Shown one piece after another: positions 9,525 to 17,474 of a stretch of 64,000 bases of DNA. The position numbers and the translations under genes were made by a program. Below the pieces are notes generated by a model. It had not been told where the DNA came from and searched no databases. It saw only the letters and a list, made by a program, of their open reading frames with translations. Numbering within the stretch: the stretch's first letter is position 1; each line of letters begins with the position of its first letter. Origin of the DNA: an uncultured Spirochaetia bacterium (GTDB taxonomy: Bacteria; Oederibacteriota; PGYV01); NCBI GenBank assembly GCA_964417645.1, contig CAYQIS010000003.1, forward strand, positions 19,568-83,567. The letters run 5' to 3'.

Positions 9525-11384
9525 TTAATTTAAAATACCTGAATAATCTTCAACACTTCCTTTTGATTCAAAACATTCTATTATTTCCATTCCTTTTTTG
9601 GACAGCTGCGGCGTTTTAAATTTTTTAAGCTCCTTGTCAAAAAATTCATACAGCATTTTTTCTCCGAATTGAAATGCTTCTTTACCGACTTCAGGCTGAA
9701 GACTTACATCTATAAGAAAATCAGGAATTGATATTCCCTCAACTTTAAGTTCTTTTCTTATATAACCAAGAAGCGGGGTTCCGGCTTTTTTTAATTCTGA
9801 TTCTTCAAATTTTCTTCCGCCTCTTCTTGCAAGATATTCCCTTACAAACCACTGCGGCATAAAACCTGTTTTCCAGGCGCCTACATATTGATTCGGAAAA
9901 AGAACATTACACGTGTTATTATTTTTTATAAATTGTTCCAGAAGCATGTTGGCGTGTTTAACCGGACTCCCTGTTAAAAACGGACCGTAAGTTCCGATTC
10001 CTTCACTGCTCATTCCTTCGGAACTTATTATGCTTGGATTATCATGTCCGCGGGGCGCAACCAGTCTCCATAACCAAGCCAATGCGGGAGGTAATATGTG
10101 AAAAAAACCTATTATTCCATAAGAAGGATTTTTGGAAGTGCAAGGAGGCGTTCTTATGCCAAAACTTCTGTAGTCTATTGCCGTTTCGGAGTTCTCAATA
10201 TTTGGAATAAGCTCTCTGGGAAAAATCACTCTTGGATTGGGGCATCTTTTTGAAGGCGCGTCTTCAATATGTTCCCAAATAAGGCATGTTGATCCTGCAA
10301 CAGCCTGAATATTAAGAAATATCATGGGCTTTGACGGATGTATGCACATTTTTTCAAAATGAGGATTCATTCCGTAATGTTCAATATGATTTACTCTTAC
10401 AAACCAAGCATTTTCCGCGTCCATTACATGAAGTTTTCCGTCATTTTTTTGTATTGAAGTGTGACAAATTGACATATCATCGGTAACAGGATGTATTTCA
10501 CATTCATTTATAAGTGACGTTTCTATCACCTTTCCGTCAATTATATTCTCGGCAATTCTCATTTTGCTGTTTTCGGTGTGCTCCATATATTCGTTCATCT
10601 CGCTTTTTCCGCCGCCGCTTGCGCCTTCATGAAGTATTGTTATTGAATTATCATAAGGGGTAATAAGTTTTGTTGAAGACGCATGAAGAGTAAGCCATCC
10701 TTCTTTTTCCCCTATGGAAAGAAGCGCCCCATATATGCCTTTTTTTGCGCTTGGCCCCGGATAAAGATTATAGGAAAAAATTTCATAAAGATTTTCTGTT
10801 CTGTTATGAACCACCACCTGTTTTCCTGAAAAATGTGTATGTCTGAACACAGGGGCCAAATATATTATTATTTTTGGAGAAAATTCACGGTTTAAATCCG
10901 CTTCATTCATTAAATTCTGTAAATCAGCAACGGCCATGGCAAAAAAAGCGCAGTTAAGAGGACCAACAAAAAGAGACTGAATTTTTACCGGATCCCTTCC
11001 CGTTATAAAAGGCATTACAATTACATCTGTTTCAGAAAACCATTTAATTGTATCTTTTCTAAAATCAGGAAAATCCATTTTAAACACATCTTTAAATCTT
11101 GGTTTGTCGGATTCAAATTCATCCCCTACAAATGTACAATTTGGATCCCTTCTTCTCATATATGGTTCCTGATAATTTACCGCAACACCGTTTTTACATA
11201 GTGTAACATCGGCTTCCTTAAACTTTTTACCCTGTGATGTTTCGGAAAAAACTTCAAACTGATTCAAACCGTTTCCTGTTGCAAGTTTTATAAGGTCTTC
11301 CCTGCTTTTTGGAAAAACGCAGGATTTTGATTTAAGCAGTGCATCCTTTAATTCTTTTGGTATGTTCCAGTCATTTATACTCAT
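9525..11384 (-). CDS. DUF4914-family protein (PEPCK-like fold)
   Basis: NYQEPYMRRRDP, P-loop HEGASGGGKSE, TDDM, AENAWF, CPNPR motifs; SD GGAGG. Confidence 0.8.
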   Translation of the reverse strand: MSINDWNIPKELKDALLKSKSCVFPKSREDLIKLATGNGLNQFEVFSETSQGKKFKEADVTLCKNGVAVNYQEPYMRRRDPNCTFVGDEFESDKPRFKDVFKMDFPDFRKDTIKWFSETDVIVMPFITGRDPVKIQSLFVGPLNCAFFAMAVADLQNLMNEADLNREFSPKIIIYLAPVFRHTHFSGKQVVVHNRTENLYEIFSYNLYPGPSAKKGIYGALLSIGEKEGWLTLHASSTKLITPYDNSITILHEGASGGGKSEMNEYMEHTENSKMRIAENIIDGKVIETSLINECEIHPVTDDMSICHTSIQKNDGKLHVMDAENAWFVRVNHIEHYGMNPHFEKMCIHPSKPMIFLNIQAVAGSTCLIWEHIEDAPSKRCPNPRVIFPRELIPNIENSETAIDYRSFGIRTPPCTSKNPSYGIIGFFHILPPALAWLWRLVAPRGHDNPSIISSEGMSSEGIGTYGPFLTGSPVKHANMLLEQFIKNNNTCNVLFPNQYVGAWKTGFMPQWFVREYLARRGGRKFEESELKKAGTPLLGYIRKELKVEGISIPDFLIDVSLQPEVGKEAFQFGEKMLYEFFDKELKKFKTPQLSKKGMEIIECFESKGSVEDYSGILN

Positions 11385-11393
11385 TTTTCCTCC

Positions 11394-11439
11394 AAAAAAA
11401 AAATCCGGTTAAAGCGGATTAAACCGCAATAACCGGATT
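11394..11439 (-). terminator. intrinsic terminator (attenuator) directly before the SD of the DUF4914 gene
   Basis: Minus strand AATCCGGTTA-TT-GCGG-TTTAAT-CCGC-TT-TAACCGGATT, then a T-run, then GGAGG. Confidence 0.8.
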
Positions 11440-11511
11440 ATTATATGACAAGCCCGTTTTAAACGTGCTTCTCATCAAATCTTCCAGATAATTTTAACTT
11501 ATCATTTAAAA

Positions 11512-11540
11512 TTTATATACCATAAATGTTTTATTGTCAA
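11512..11540 (-). promoter_or_regulatory. sigma70-type promoter for the DUF4914 leader
   Basis: TTGACA-N17-TATAAA on the minus strand. Confidence 0.75.
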
Positions 11541-11551
11541 ATGTTTATGAT

Positions 11552-11917
11552 CTAATTTATTTCTATTTTTTTATCCATTGTAAAAACTATTATTCTTTCG
11601 CCTGTTTTTGTGCTTATATCGGTGTGCATGGAGACAACCCCGGCACCCGATATCTCTTCTATGTTTTTTTCAAGCATTTTTCTGGAACTTTCAAGAAGTC
11701 TTACCCTTGTCTGTTTCACCAGCATTCTGCCTTCGCCGGGGTCTTTTGCCAATGTTTTTTCGGCTGCGGTAAGAACACCGGTTAAACGAACAAATATAAT
11801 ATCATCCAAAATTGTGACATTTGTATCTTCAGGGCCGCGGCCCATATGTTCTTTTTCAAATTTTATTATATATTCCCTGATTTTTGCTTCTGTCTGGCCT
11901 TTTGATAATTTTTTCAT
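11552..11917 (-). CDS. DUF2294 / MpsC-family protein
   Basis: EKEHMGRGP, LTAAEK.L, VKQTR..L, HTDISTKTGER motifs typical of the family. Confidence 0.85.
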   Translation of the reverse strand: MKKLSKGQTEAKIREYIIKFEKEHMGRGPEDTNVTILDDIIFVRLTGVLTAAEKTLAKDPGEGRMLVKQTRVRLLESSRKMLEKNIEEISGAGVVSMHTDISTKTGERIIVFTMDKKIEIN

Positions 11918-11924
11918 GATTTAT

Positions 11925-11953
11925 ATTTTATATTTCATATTCTTTACAGTCAA
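11925..11953 (-). promoter_or_regulatory. promoter of the DUF2294 gene (near-leaderless transcript)
   Basis: TTGACT-N17-TAAAAT; 7 nt separate the -10 from the ATG; no SD. Confidence 0.5.
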
Positions 11954-12054
11954 TATTGTTTTCAAATAAAACATCCCGTTCCATTTTTAAACACATTTTG
12001 TTTTAAGGTTTAACATAATCAAAAAATCTTTATTAAATATATGGTTTTTTTGTC

Positions 12055-12070
12055 TGGCATATCTTATGCA
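12055..12070 (+). promoter_or_regulatory. putative sigma54 (-24/-12) promoter of hsp20
   Basis: TGGCATATCTTATGCA has GG and GC at consensus spacing. Confidence 0.55.
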
Positions 12071-12115
12071 TATTATTTTATGGAAGTTAAAAAAAATTTA
12101 CAGGAGGTGGGTTTT

Positions 12116-12538
12116 ATGAAACTCATCAGAAGGTCTGATTTTGCAAGACCAACGCTCTTTGGGGATCTGTTTGACGATTTTTTCAGAACAGATATCCCGG
12201 CAGTACGTTCCATGATGCCCGCTATTGACATTGTGGAGGAAAAAGATCATTACACCATTAAAGCTGATCTCCCGGGCATGAACCAGAAAGACATTAAAGT
12301 TGAACTTGATGAAGGAGTTTTAAGAATTTCCGGAGAGAGAAACGAAGAGAAAAAAGAACAGGACAAAGACAATCACTATCGCTACTATGAAAGGTCTTTT
12401 GGAAGCTTCGAACGCCGTTTTGTGCTTCCAAGGGAAGTAAAAGAAGACGCAATAGAAGCAAAGTATGAAAACGGTGTTCTGAAAATCACAATTCCAAAAG
12501 CGGAAACAAGAAAAGCCAAAGAAATAGCTGTTAAATAA
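12116..12538 (+). CDS. small heat shock protein, Hsp20/alpha-crystallin family
   Basis: PAIDI.E, ADLPG, ERSFGSFER.F.LP, A.YENGVL.I.IPK; start moved to 12116 behind AGGAGGT. Confidence 0.93.
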   Translation: MKLIRRSDFARPTLFGDLFDDFFRTDIPAVRSMMPAIDIVEEKDHYTIKADLPGMNQKDIKVELDEGVLRISGERNEEKKEQDKDNHYRYYERSFGSFERRFVLPREVKEDAIEAKYENGVLKITIPKAETRKAKEIAVK

Positions 12539-12550
12539 AAACATTCGTTG

Positions 12551-12587
12551 AAAATAATAACCCCGCTTTAAGCGGGGTTATTATTTT
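12551..12587 (+). terminator. intrinsic terminator after hsp20
   Basis: 17-bp perfect stem AAAATAATAACCCCGCT/AGCGGGGTTATTATTTT. Confidence 0.85.
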
Positions 12588-12649
12588 GTATTTGAATGAT
12601 AATTTTCGCCTGATATAATTAGAATATAAATTATTTAAAGGCGGATTTT

Positions 12650-13057
12650 ATGAATAAAAAAGAAGAAAATGTTGATTTTTTAAATCTTATTCTTATGCTT
12701 AATCAAAATGCTCTTATATATCTTGGAGAATCCCCGCGTTTTATAGGAGGAATAAAAAAATCAAATCTGCCTCTTGCCCGACAGACAATAAATATGATTA
12801 AAGCAATATCGGATAAAACCCGCGGAAATCTGACAGCCGGAGAATCAAAACTTATATTCAGAATACTCGGAGAACTTCAAAAAAAATATGTTATGGCTTC
12901 CGGACTTATGAAACCGGAAACATCCGAAGATAAAAAGGCACAGGCGGTAAAAAAAGTGGCGGAAAAACATGCGGAAAACCTTGATGAGGTTCTTGACAAA
13001 CTTAAAGACAGCGAACTTGCGGAAATGCTGGATGAATTAAAAAAGAACGCCAAATGA
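12650..13057 (+). CDS. DUF1844 domain protein
   Basis: ALIYLGE...NLPLARQTI.M...TRGNL pattern. Confidence 0.7.
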   Translation: MNKKEENVDFLNLILMLNQNALIYLGESPRFIGGIKKSNLPLARQTINMIKAISDKTRGNLTAGESKLIFRILGELQKKYVMASGLMKPETSEDKKAQAVKKVAEKHAENLDEVLDKLKDSELAEMLDELKKNAK

Positions 13058-13557
13058 TATTGCCGGAAAAAATAAACAATATTTCCAAAATAGGGCTGAT
13101 TTCAGACACTCATGTACCTTCACGTTTAAGGTATTTGCCTTCGATTATTCATAAAATATTCAATGATGTTGATGCAATAATTCACGCCGGCGATTTTACT
13201 TCAAAAGATGTAATAACGGAACTTGAATCTGTTGCCCCATTATTCGGAGTTATGGGCAATATGGATCCTCATGAAATTCATTTACCTCAGCAAAAAACAA
13301 TTCTTGTAAACGAAAAATTTCTTTTTGCAATCTGCCATGGAGCAGGACTGCATTCAACAACCGAAGAAAGAATGTTTAATAAATTTAAAGAAATAAGACC
13401 TAATGCAATAATTTACGGGCATACACATATTCCAAAAATATCAAAAAAAGAAGAAATATTGCTTGTTAATCCGGGAAGTTTATGCTCTGCTGAGCCAAGT
13501 GTCGGTCTAATAGTTTTTAATGGAGATATTTTAATACCTGAAATAATTAAACTGTGA
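13054..13557 (+). CDS. metallophosphoesterase, YfcE/MJ0936 family
   Basis: SDTH, HAGD, GNMD, CHG, GHTH, NPGS motifs. Confidence 0.9.
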   Translation: MILPEKINNISKIGLISDTHVPSRLRYLPSIIHKIFNDVDAIIHAGDFTSKDVITELESVAPLFGVMGNMDPHEIHLPQQKTILVNEKFLFAICHGAGLHSTTEERMFNKFKEIRPNAIIYGHTHIPKISKKEEILLVNPGSLCSAEPSVGLIVFNGDILIPEIIKL

Positions 13558-13617
13558 AATTATTTCAACAATATTATAAAAAATCAATAAAAAACCTTAT
13601 TTTTAAAGGATTTTTAT

Positions 13618-13658
13618 TGTGAATTATATGTGGAAAATTGTGGATAACATGTGCAAAT
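13618..13658 (-). promoter_or_regulatory. cluster of four tandem DnaA boxes
   Basis: Plus strand TGTGAATTA, TGTGGAAAA, TGTGGATAA, TGTGCAAAT starting at 13618, 13629, 13639, 13650. Confidence 0.7.
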
Positions 13659-13687
13659 CCAACGAAACATAACGAAAACTTTAAATA

Positions 13688-14884
13688 TTACTTCTTTTTT
13701 CTTTTTTCAAGTTCTTCTTTTCTTTCTTTTTTTATTTCCGCTTCTTCTTTTTTATACTGTTCCTTAACTTCGCCTTCCGTTTCTTTTTCATCTTCCTTAA
13801 CATCCATTATTTTCTCATGATATTCTCGTTTCCATTCATCCTTGGTTTCTTTTACTTTATTTTTCATAACAGGGGCTGTTTTTGTCTCCTTTTTTTCATG
13901 TTTGCCGTAATCATATACTTTTTCTGAATCTTTTATGCATTCAGGTTCTTTTTCATTTACCCGCGTTTTTTGTGCAATTACCGTCTTCACTGGAATTTGT
14001 GTATAAGTTGCGCCTGGCTGCAAAGGCGTATCAGAAGGCTTAACAGGCACAGGCGTACATGTTTCCTGAATTGAAAGCGGAGTATTCGTATATTCAGGCA
14101 ATATCCGGGTACTTGTTGAAATCGGAATATCAACAGCTGTGTTTGTCCCTGAAGCTTGAGCGGATTTTAATATAGCTGTTGGTGATGCAGCAATATAAAT
14201 TATATACGGCGTTTGAGTTGCCGTTGCAGTAACAATTATATATTGAATTTTATTTTCCTGTGACGTTGCCTGCCCGGCAGGCAAAGGAAATGCATTATTT
14301 AGCTGAGGAACCGGGGTTGGAGAAAAAACAGCTGTTAATGTTGCCGTTGGTGTATAAACATATTTTCGCGTTATGTATTTTTCACCGTTTATATATTTGC
14401 CTTCTTCCATAAGCTGGCCGCCTTCATAATATTCTTTGTATTGTCCTGAAAGTTTCCCTTCCGAATACCAATATTCACTTTTTAAATTTCCGTTTTGATA
14501 ATATTCTTTATATTCGCCTTCAAGGATATCGTTTTTATAAGTGTATTGTTTCCAGATTACCCCGTTTATAAAATAAACATTTTGTATAAAATTAAACTGA
14601 TTGTTCAATATTATTGCTTCCGATTTCAGATTATTTCCGTTTTCATAATATTCCCTGGCAATACCATTTATGTTCTCGCCTGTTTTTATAAAGCCTTTAC
14701 CTTCTTGAGCTGTCCAAACAGCAATTTGGACCTGATTTTTATAAAAAATATATTTACCCGAGCTGTAAACATAAACAATTCCGGGAACGGCCCCTTTATA
14801 GGGGCAATCTTTATATTCAGGAGTGCATGATATAAATAAAAAAATTGTTAAAATCAAAAACAAAGAAAGTATATTTTTTTTCAT
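13688..14884 (-). CDS. lipoprotein with MORN-variant (YwqK-like) repeats, Thr/Pro-rich linker and charged C-terminus
   Basis: Lipobox FISC; G.YKEYY.NG.L repeats; TPTAT/TP-rich segment. Confidence 0.75.
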   Translation of the reverse strand: MKKNILSLFLILTIFLFISCTPEYKDCPYKGAVPGIVYVYSSGKYIFYKNQVQIAVWTAQEGKGFIKTGENINGIAREYYENGNNLKSEAIILNNQFNFIQNVYFINGVIWKQYTYKNDILEGEYKEYYQNGNLKSEYWYSEGKLSGQYKEYYEGGQLMEEGKYINGEKYITRKYVYTPTATLTAVFSPTPVPQLNNAFPLPAGQATSQENKIQYIIVTATATQTPYIIYIAASPTAILKSAQASGTNTAVDIPISTSTRILPEYTNTPLSIQETCTPVPVKPSDTPLQPGATYTQIPVKTVIAQKTRVNEKEPECIKDSEKVYDYGKHEKKETKTAPVMKNKVKETKDEWKREYHEKIMDVKEDEKETEGEVKEQYKKEEAEIKKERKEELEKRKKK

Positions 14885-15324
14885 CTCCTGCCTCCTTTCT
14901 TTGTTTTAAAATTTTTTTTTGATATAACATTTCCGTTTATGTCATATTCCGTAAATGTTCCATAAGGCTCTCCGTTGACATAATAGCCCTCTTTCTTAAG
15001 CATACCTGTTTCATAATATTCAAAATAATTATAATTAAGTTTGTTGTCTTTATAAATCATTTCCGCCATCAAAGAACCGTCGGGATAAAATTTTCTTACA
15101 ATTCCGTTTATGGCAATTCCTTCCCGCTTTATGCTTCCGTCTCTTCCTATTATCCATGTCGCCACTTCTTTTTTTCCCTCATAAAATATAATCTTATCCT
15201 CTGCTTCCTGCATCCATGTTCCCTGATATTTTAAATAAGGTTTTGGCGGACAGTTATATACCGTATATCTGCAGGATGAAAATGCCAATAAAATCATAAT
15301 TAAAACAAAAAATATTCTTGCCAT
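14881..15324 (-). CDS. small lipoprotein with MORN-variant repeats
   Basis: Lipobox FSSC; FYPDGSL / YYETGML repeats; start moved to 15324 behind GGAGG. Confidence 0.7.
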   Translation of the reverse strand: MARIFFVLIMILLAFSSCRYTVYNCPPKPYLKYQGTWMQEAEDKIIFYEGKKEVATWIIGRDGSIKREGIAINGIVRKFYPDGSLMAEMIYKDNKLNYNYFEYYETGMLKKEGYYVNGEPYGTFTEYDINGNVISKKNFKTKKGGRR

Positions 15325-15346
15325 ACATCCTCCGATTATTTTATTT

Positions 15347-16540
15347 TCAATCAATGCTTTTTCTTAGTACCGAAAAGGATTCTATGTTGCCTGTTTTAAA
15401 CTTTATTTTATAGACGGATTTTCCTGATGTTTTGGTTACTTCAATGCCGCTTTCATCAAAAATACCCGTCACTTCGTCATTTTTCTTTCCTTTTGGCGAA
15501 AAAATTTCAATTTTGTCTCCTAATCTTATTACATTTCTCACAATAACTTCGGCTTCTTTAACTCCTCCTGCGATTGTATGTCCAAGGTAAACAGAATCTG
15601 CGCTATAATCGGATGTGGCGTAATTTTGCCTTATTTCTCCGTCATCAAAATAAAAACCTGTTGTATATTCCCTGTGGGAAATCTTATTTAATTCGCTTTT
15701 TAAAATTTCATCGGCATTAAAGCCGGCATCGATGCATTTTCTGTATGCATTGGTTACAGCCGCAACATAATGAATTCCTTTCATTCTTCCTTCTATCTTA
15801 AAACTTTCTATACCGGCCTCATAAAGTTCGCCGAGTTTTTCCAGAAGATTCAAATCTTTTGAATTAAATATATATGTCCCTCTTTCATCTTCAACTACGG
15901 GAATTTTTTCTCCGGGTCTTTTGGCTTCAATCAATTCATAGCTCCATCTGCACCCTTGCGTGCATTCTCCGCGGTTTGCATCACGTCCTGTCATATAATT
16001 GCTTATAAGGCATCTGCCCGAATATGATATGCACATTGCACCGTGAACAAAAGCTTCAAGTTCAATATCAGGAAGTTTTTCTTTTATTTCCTTTATTTCT
16101 TTAACATTTAATTCTCTCGCCAAAATAACCCTTTTTGCGCCCAATTCTTTCCACATCTTAACTTCCATATAGTTAAGATTATTTGCCTGAACAGAGACAT
16201 GTATCGGCAGACTTATTTTTTCTTCCCTTATTATTTTAAGCACTCCCAAATCTGAAATAATAATTGCATCGGGCTTTATTAAGTCAAGAAACTTTAAATG
16301 CTGTCTTATTTTTGGAATATCCGAATTGCGTGGAAAAATATTTACTGTCATATATATTTTTTTTTTGAATGAATGAGTATATTCAACAGCTTCTTTGAGT
16401 TCTTCTTCCGTAAAATTATCCGAAAAATTGCGAAGCCCTGTACCCTTGCCAGAAGCATAAACCGCATCAGCTCCAAAAGCCAAAGCAAATTTTAATTTTT
16501 CAAAGTTTCCCGCGGGAGAAAGCAATTCCGGTTTTGACAT
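15347..16540 (-). CDS. U32 peptidase family protein (TrhP-like tRNA hydroxylation)
   Basis: PELLSPAG, GADAVY, HGAMCISYSGRC, KIEGR motifs. Confidence 0.88.
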   Translation of the reverse strand: MSKPELLSPAGNFEKLKFALAFGADAVYASGKGTGLRNFSDNFTEEELKEAVEYTHSFKKKIYMTVNIFPRNSDIPKIRQHLKFLDLIKPDAIIISDLGVLKIIREEKISLPIHVSVQANNLNYMEVKMWKELGAKRVILARELNVKEIKEIKEKLPDIELEAFVHGAMCISYSGRCLISNYMTGRDANRGECTQGCRWSYELIEAKRPGEKIPVVEDERGTYIFNSKDLNLLEKLGELYEAGIESFKIEGRMKGIHYVAAVTNAYRKCIDAGFNADEILKSELNKISHREYTTGFYFDDGEIRQNYATSDYSADSVYLGHTIAGGVKEAEVIVRNVIRLGDKIEIFSPKGKKNDEVTGIFDESGIEVTKTSGKSVYKIKFKTGNIESFSVLRKSID

Positions 16541-17145
16541 TAAAAATCCTTTCTTTCAGATATTGCCTGTGAAAGCGTGATTTCATCAATATAGCTTATA
16601 TCCGAACCGGTGGGAATACCCTTGGCCAGTCTCGTAATTCTTACAATTTTTCCGGAATCTTTCAGAGCTCTGCTTATATAAAGCGACGTTGCATCGCCTT
16701 CAACAGTATGATTAAGCGCAAGCATTATTTCGGATGAATTCTCGCTGTTTGATCTTTCCACAAGTTCCCTGATCTTCAAATTTTCCGGCATTATATTATT
16801 AAGAGGGTTTATAAGACCGTGTAAAACATGATAAGTGCCTTTATGTATGCCGGTTTTTTCAATTGTTATTACATCTTCGGGCGATTCAACCACGCATATA
16901 ATGCCGTTTGATATGGATTGTCTTTGTTTGCATATTGTACAAACATTCTCATCGCTTATATTGTAGCAAACGGAACAAAATTTAAGATCAAGTATTCCGT
17001 TTAAAGATTCAACAAGCGCATTTATTGTTCTTTCGCCTTTTTTTGCAACGGCAAGAGCTGTCCTCTCCGCCATTTTAGGACCTATACCCGGCAGCTTTGA
17101 TATTTCGTTTATTAATTTCTCAAGCTTAAACGGGTAGCGGGTCAT
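16540..17145 (-). CDS. recR: recombination mediator RecR
   Basis: LPGIGPKMAER, C4 zinc finger, TOPRIM, EGDAT, RLAKGIP.G. Confidence 0.96.
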   Translation of the reverse strand: MTRYPFKLEKLINEISKLPGIGPKMAERTALAVAKKGERTINALVESLNGILDLKFCSVCYNISDENVCTICKQRQSISNGIICVVESPEDVITIEKTGIHKGTYHVLHGLINPLNNIMPENLKIRELVERSNSENSSEIMLALNHTVEGDATSLYISRALKDSGKIVRITRLAKGIPTGSDISYIDEITLSQAISERKDF

Positions 17146-17150
17146 AATTT

Positions 17151-17474
17151 TTAAAAAATTCCCGGAAAATTTATTCCGCCGGTTATTTTTTTCATTTCTT
17201 CTTCCGCAGTTTCATTTGCTTTATTAAGAGCTTCATTTGCGGCGGCTGTTATCAAATCTTGAATCATTTCAACATCTCCTCCGGAAATAAGCTCTTTATC
17301 TATCTTCACCGAAAGTATTCTTTTGTCACAGCTGGCCGTTACCGTTACCGCCCCTCCGCCGGAAGAAGCTTCAACATTTATATTTTTAAGATTCTCCTGA
17401 ACTTGGGCAAGTTTTGCCTGCATCTGCTGAGCCTGTTTCATAATTTGATTTATATTTCCCATTCCTCTCATCAT
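17151..17474 (-). CDS. ybaB: YbaB/EbfC nucleoid-associated protein
   Basis: MKQAQQMQ, SGGGAV, D.EMIQDLI.AA; dnaX-ybaB-recR synteny. Confidence 0.93.
   Translation of the reverse strand: MMRGMGNINQIMKQAQQMQAKLAQVQENLKNINVEASSGGGAVTVTASCDKRILSVKIDKELISGGDVEMIQDLITAAANEALNKANETAEEEMKKITGGINFPGIF

Noticed and set aside
11970-12115. CIRCE/HrcA operator upstream of hsp20
   Set aside because: No TTAGCACTC-N9-GAGTGCTAA-like inverted repeat
12041-12115. Longer N-termini given by the ORF track (hsp20, pckG, 15354, 19165, 20001, 22519, 24872, 38646)
   Set aside because: Downstream ATGs have clear SD sequences or stop/start coupling, and the extensions lack homology
13552-13570. CRP site TGTGA-N6-TCACA near the phosphoesterase stop (also TGTGA at 36349 and 57049)
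   Set aside because: The second half-site does not match
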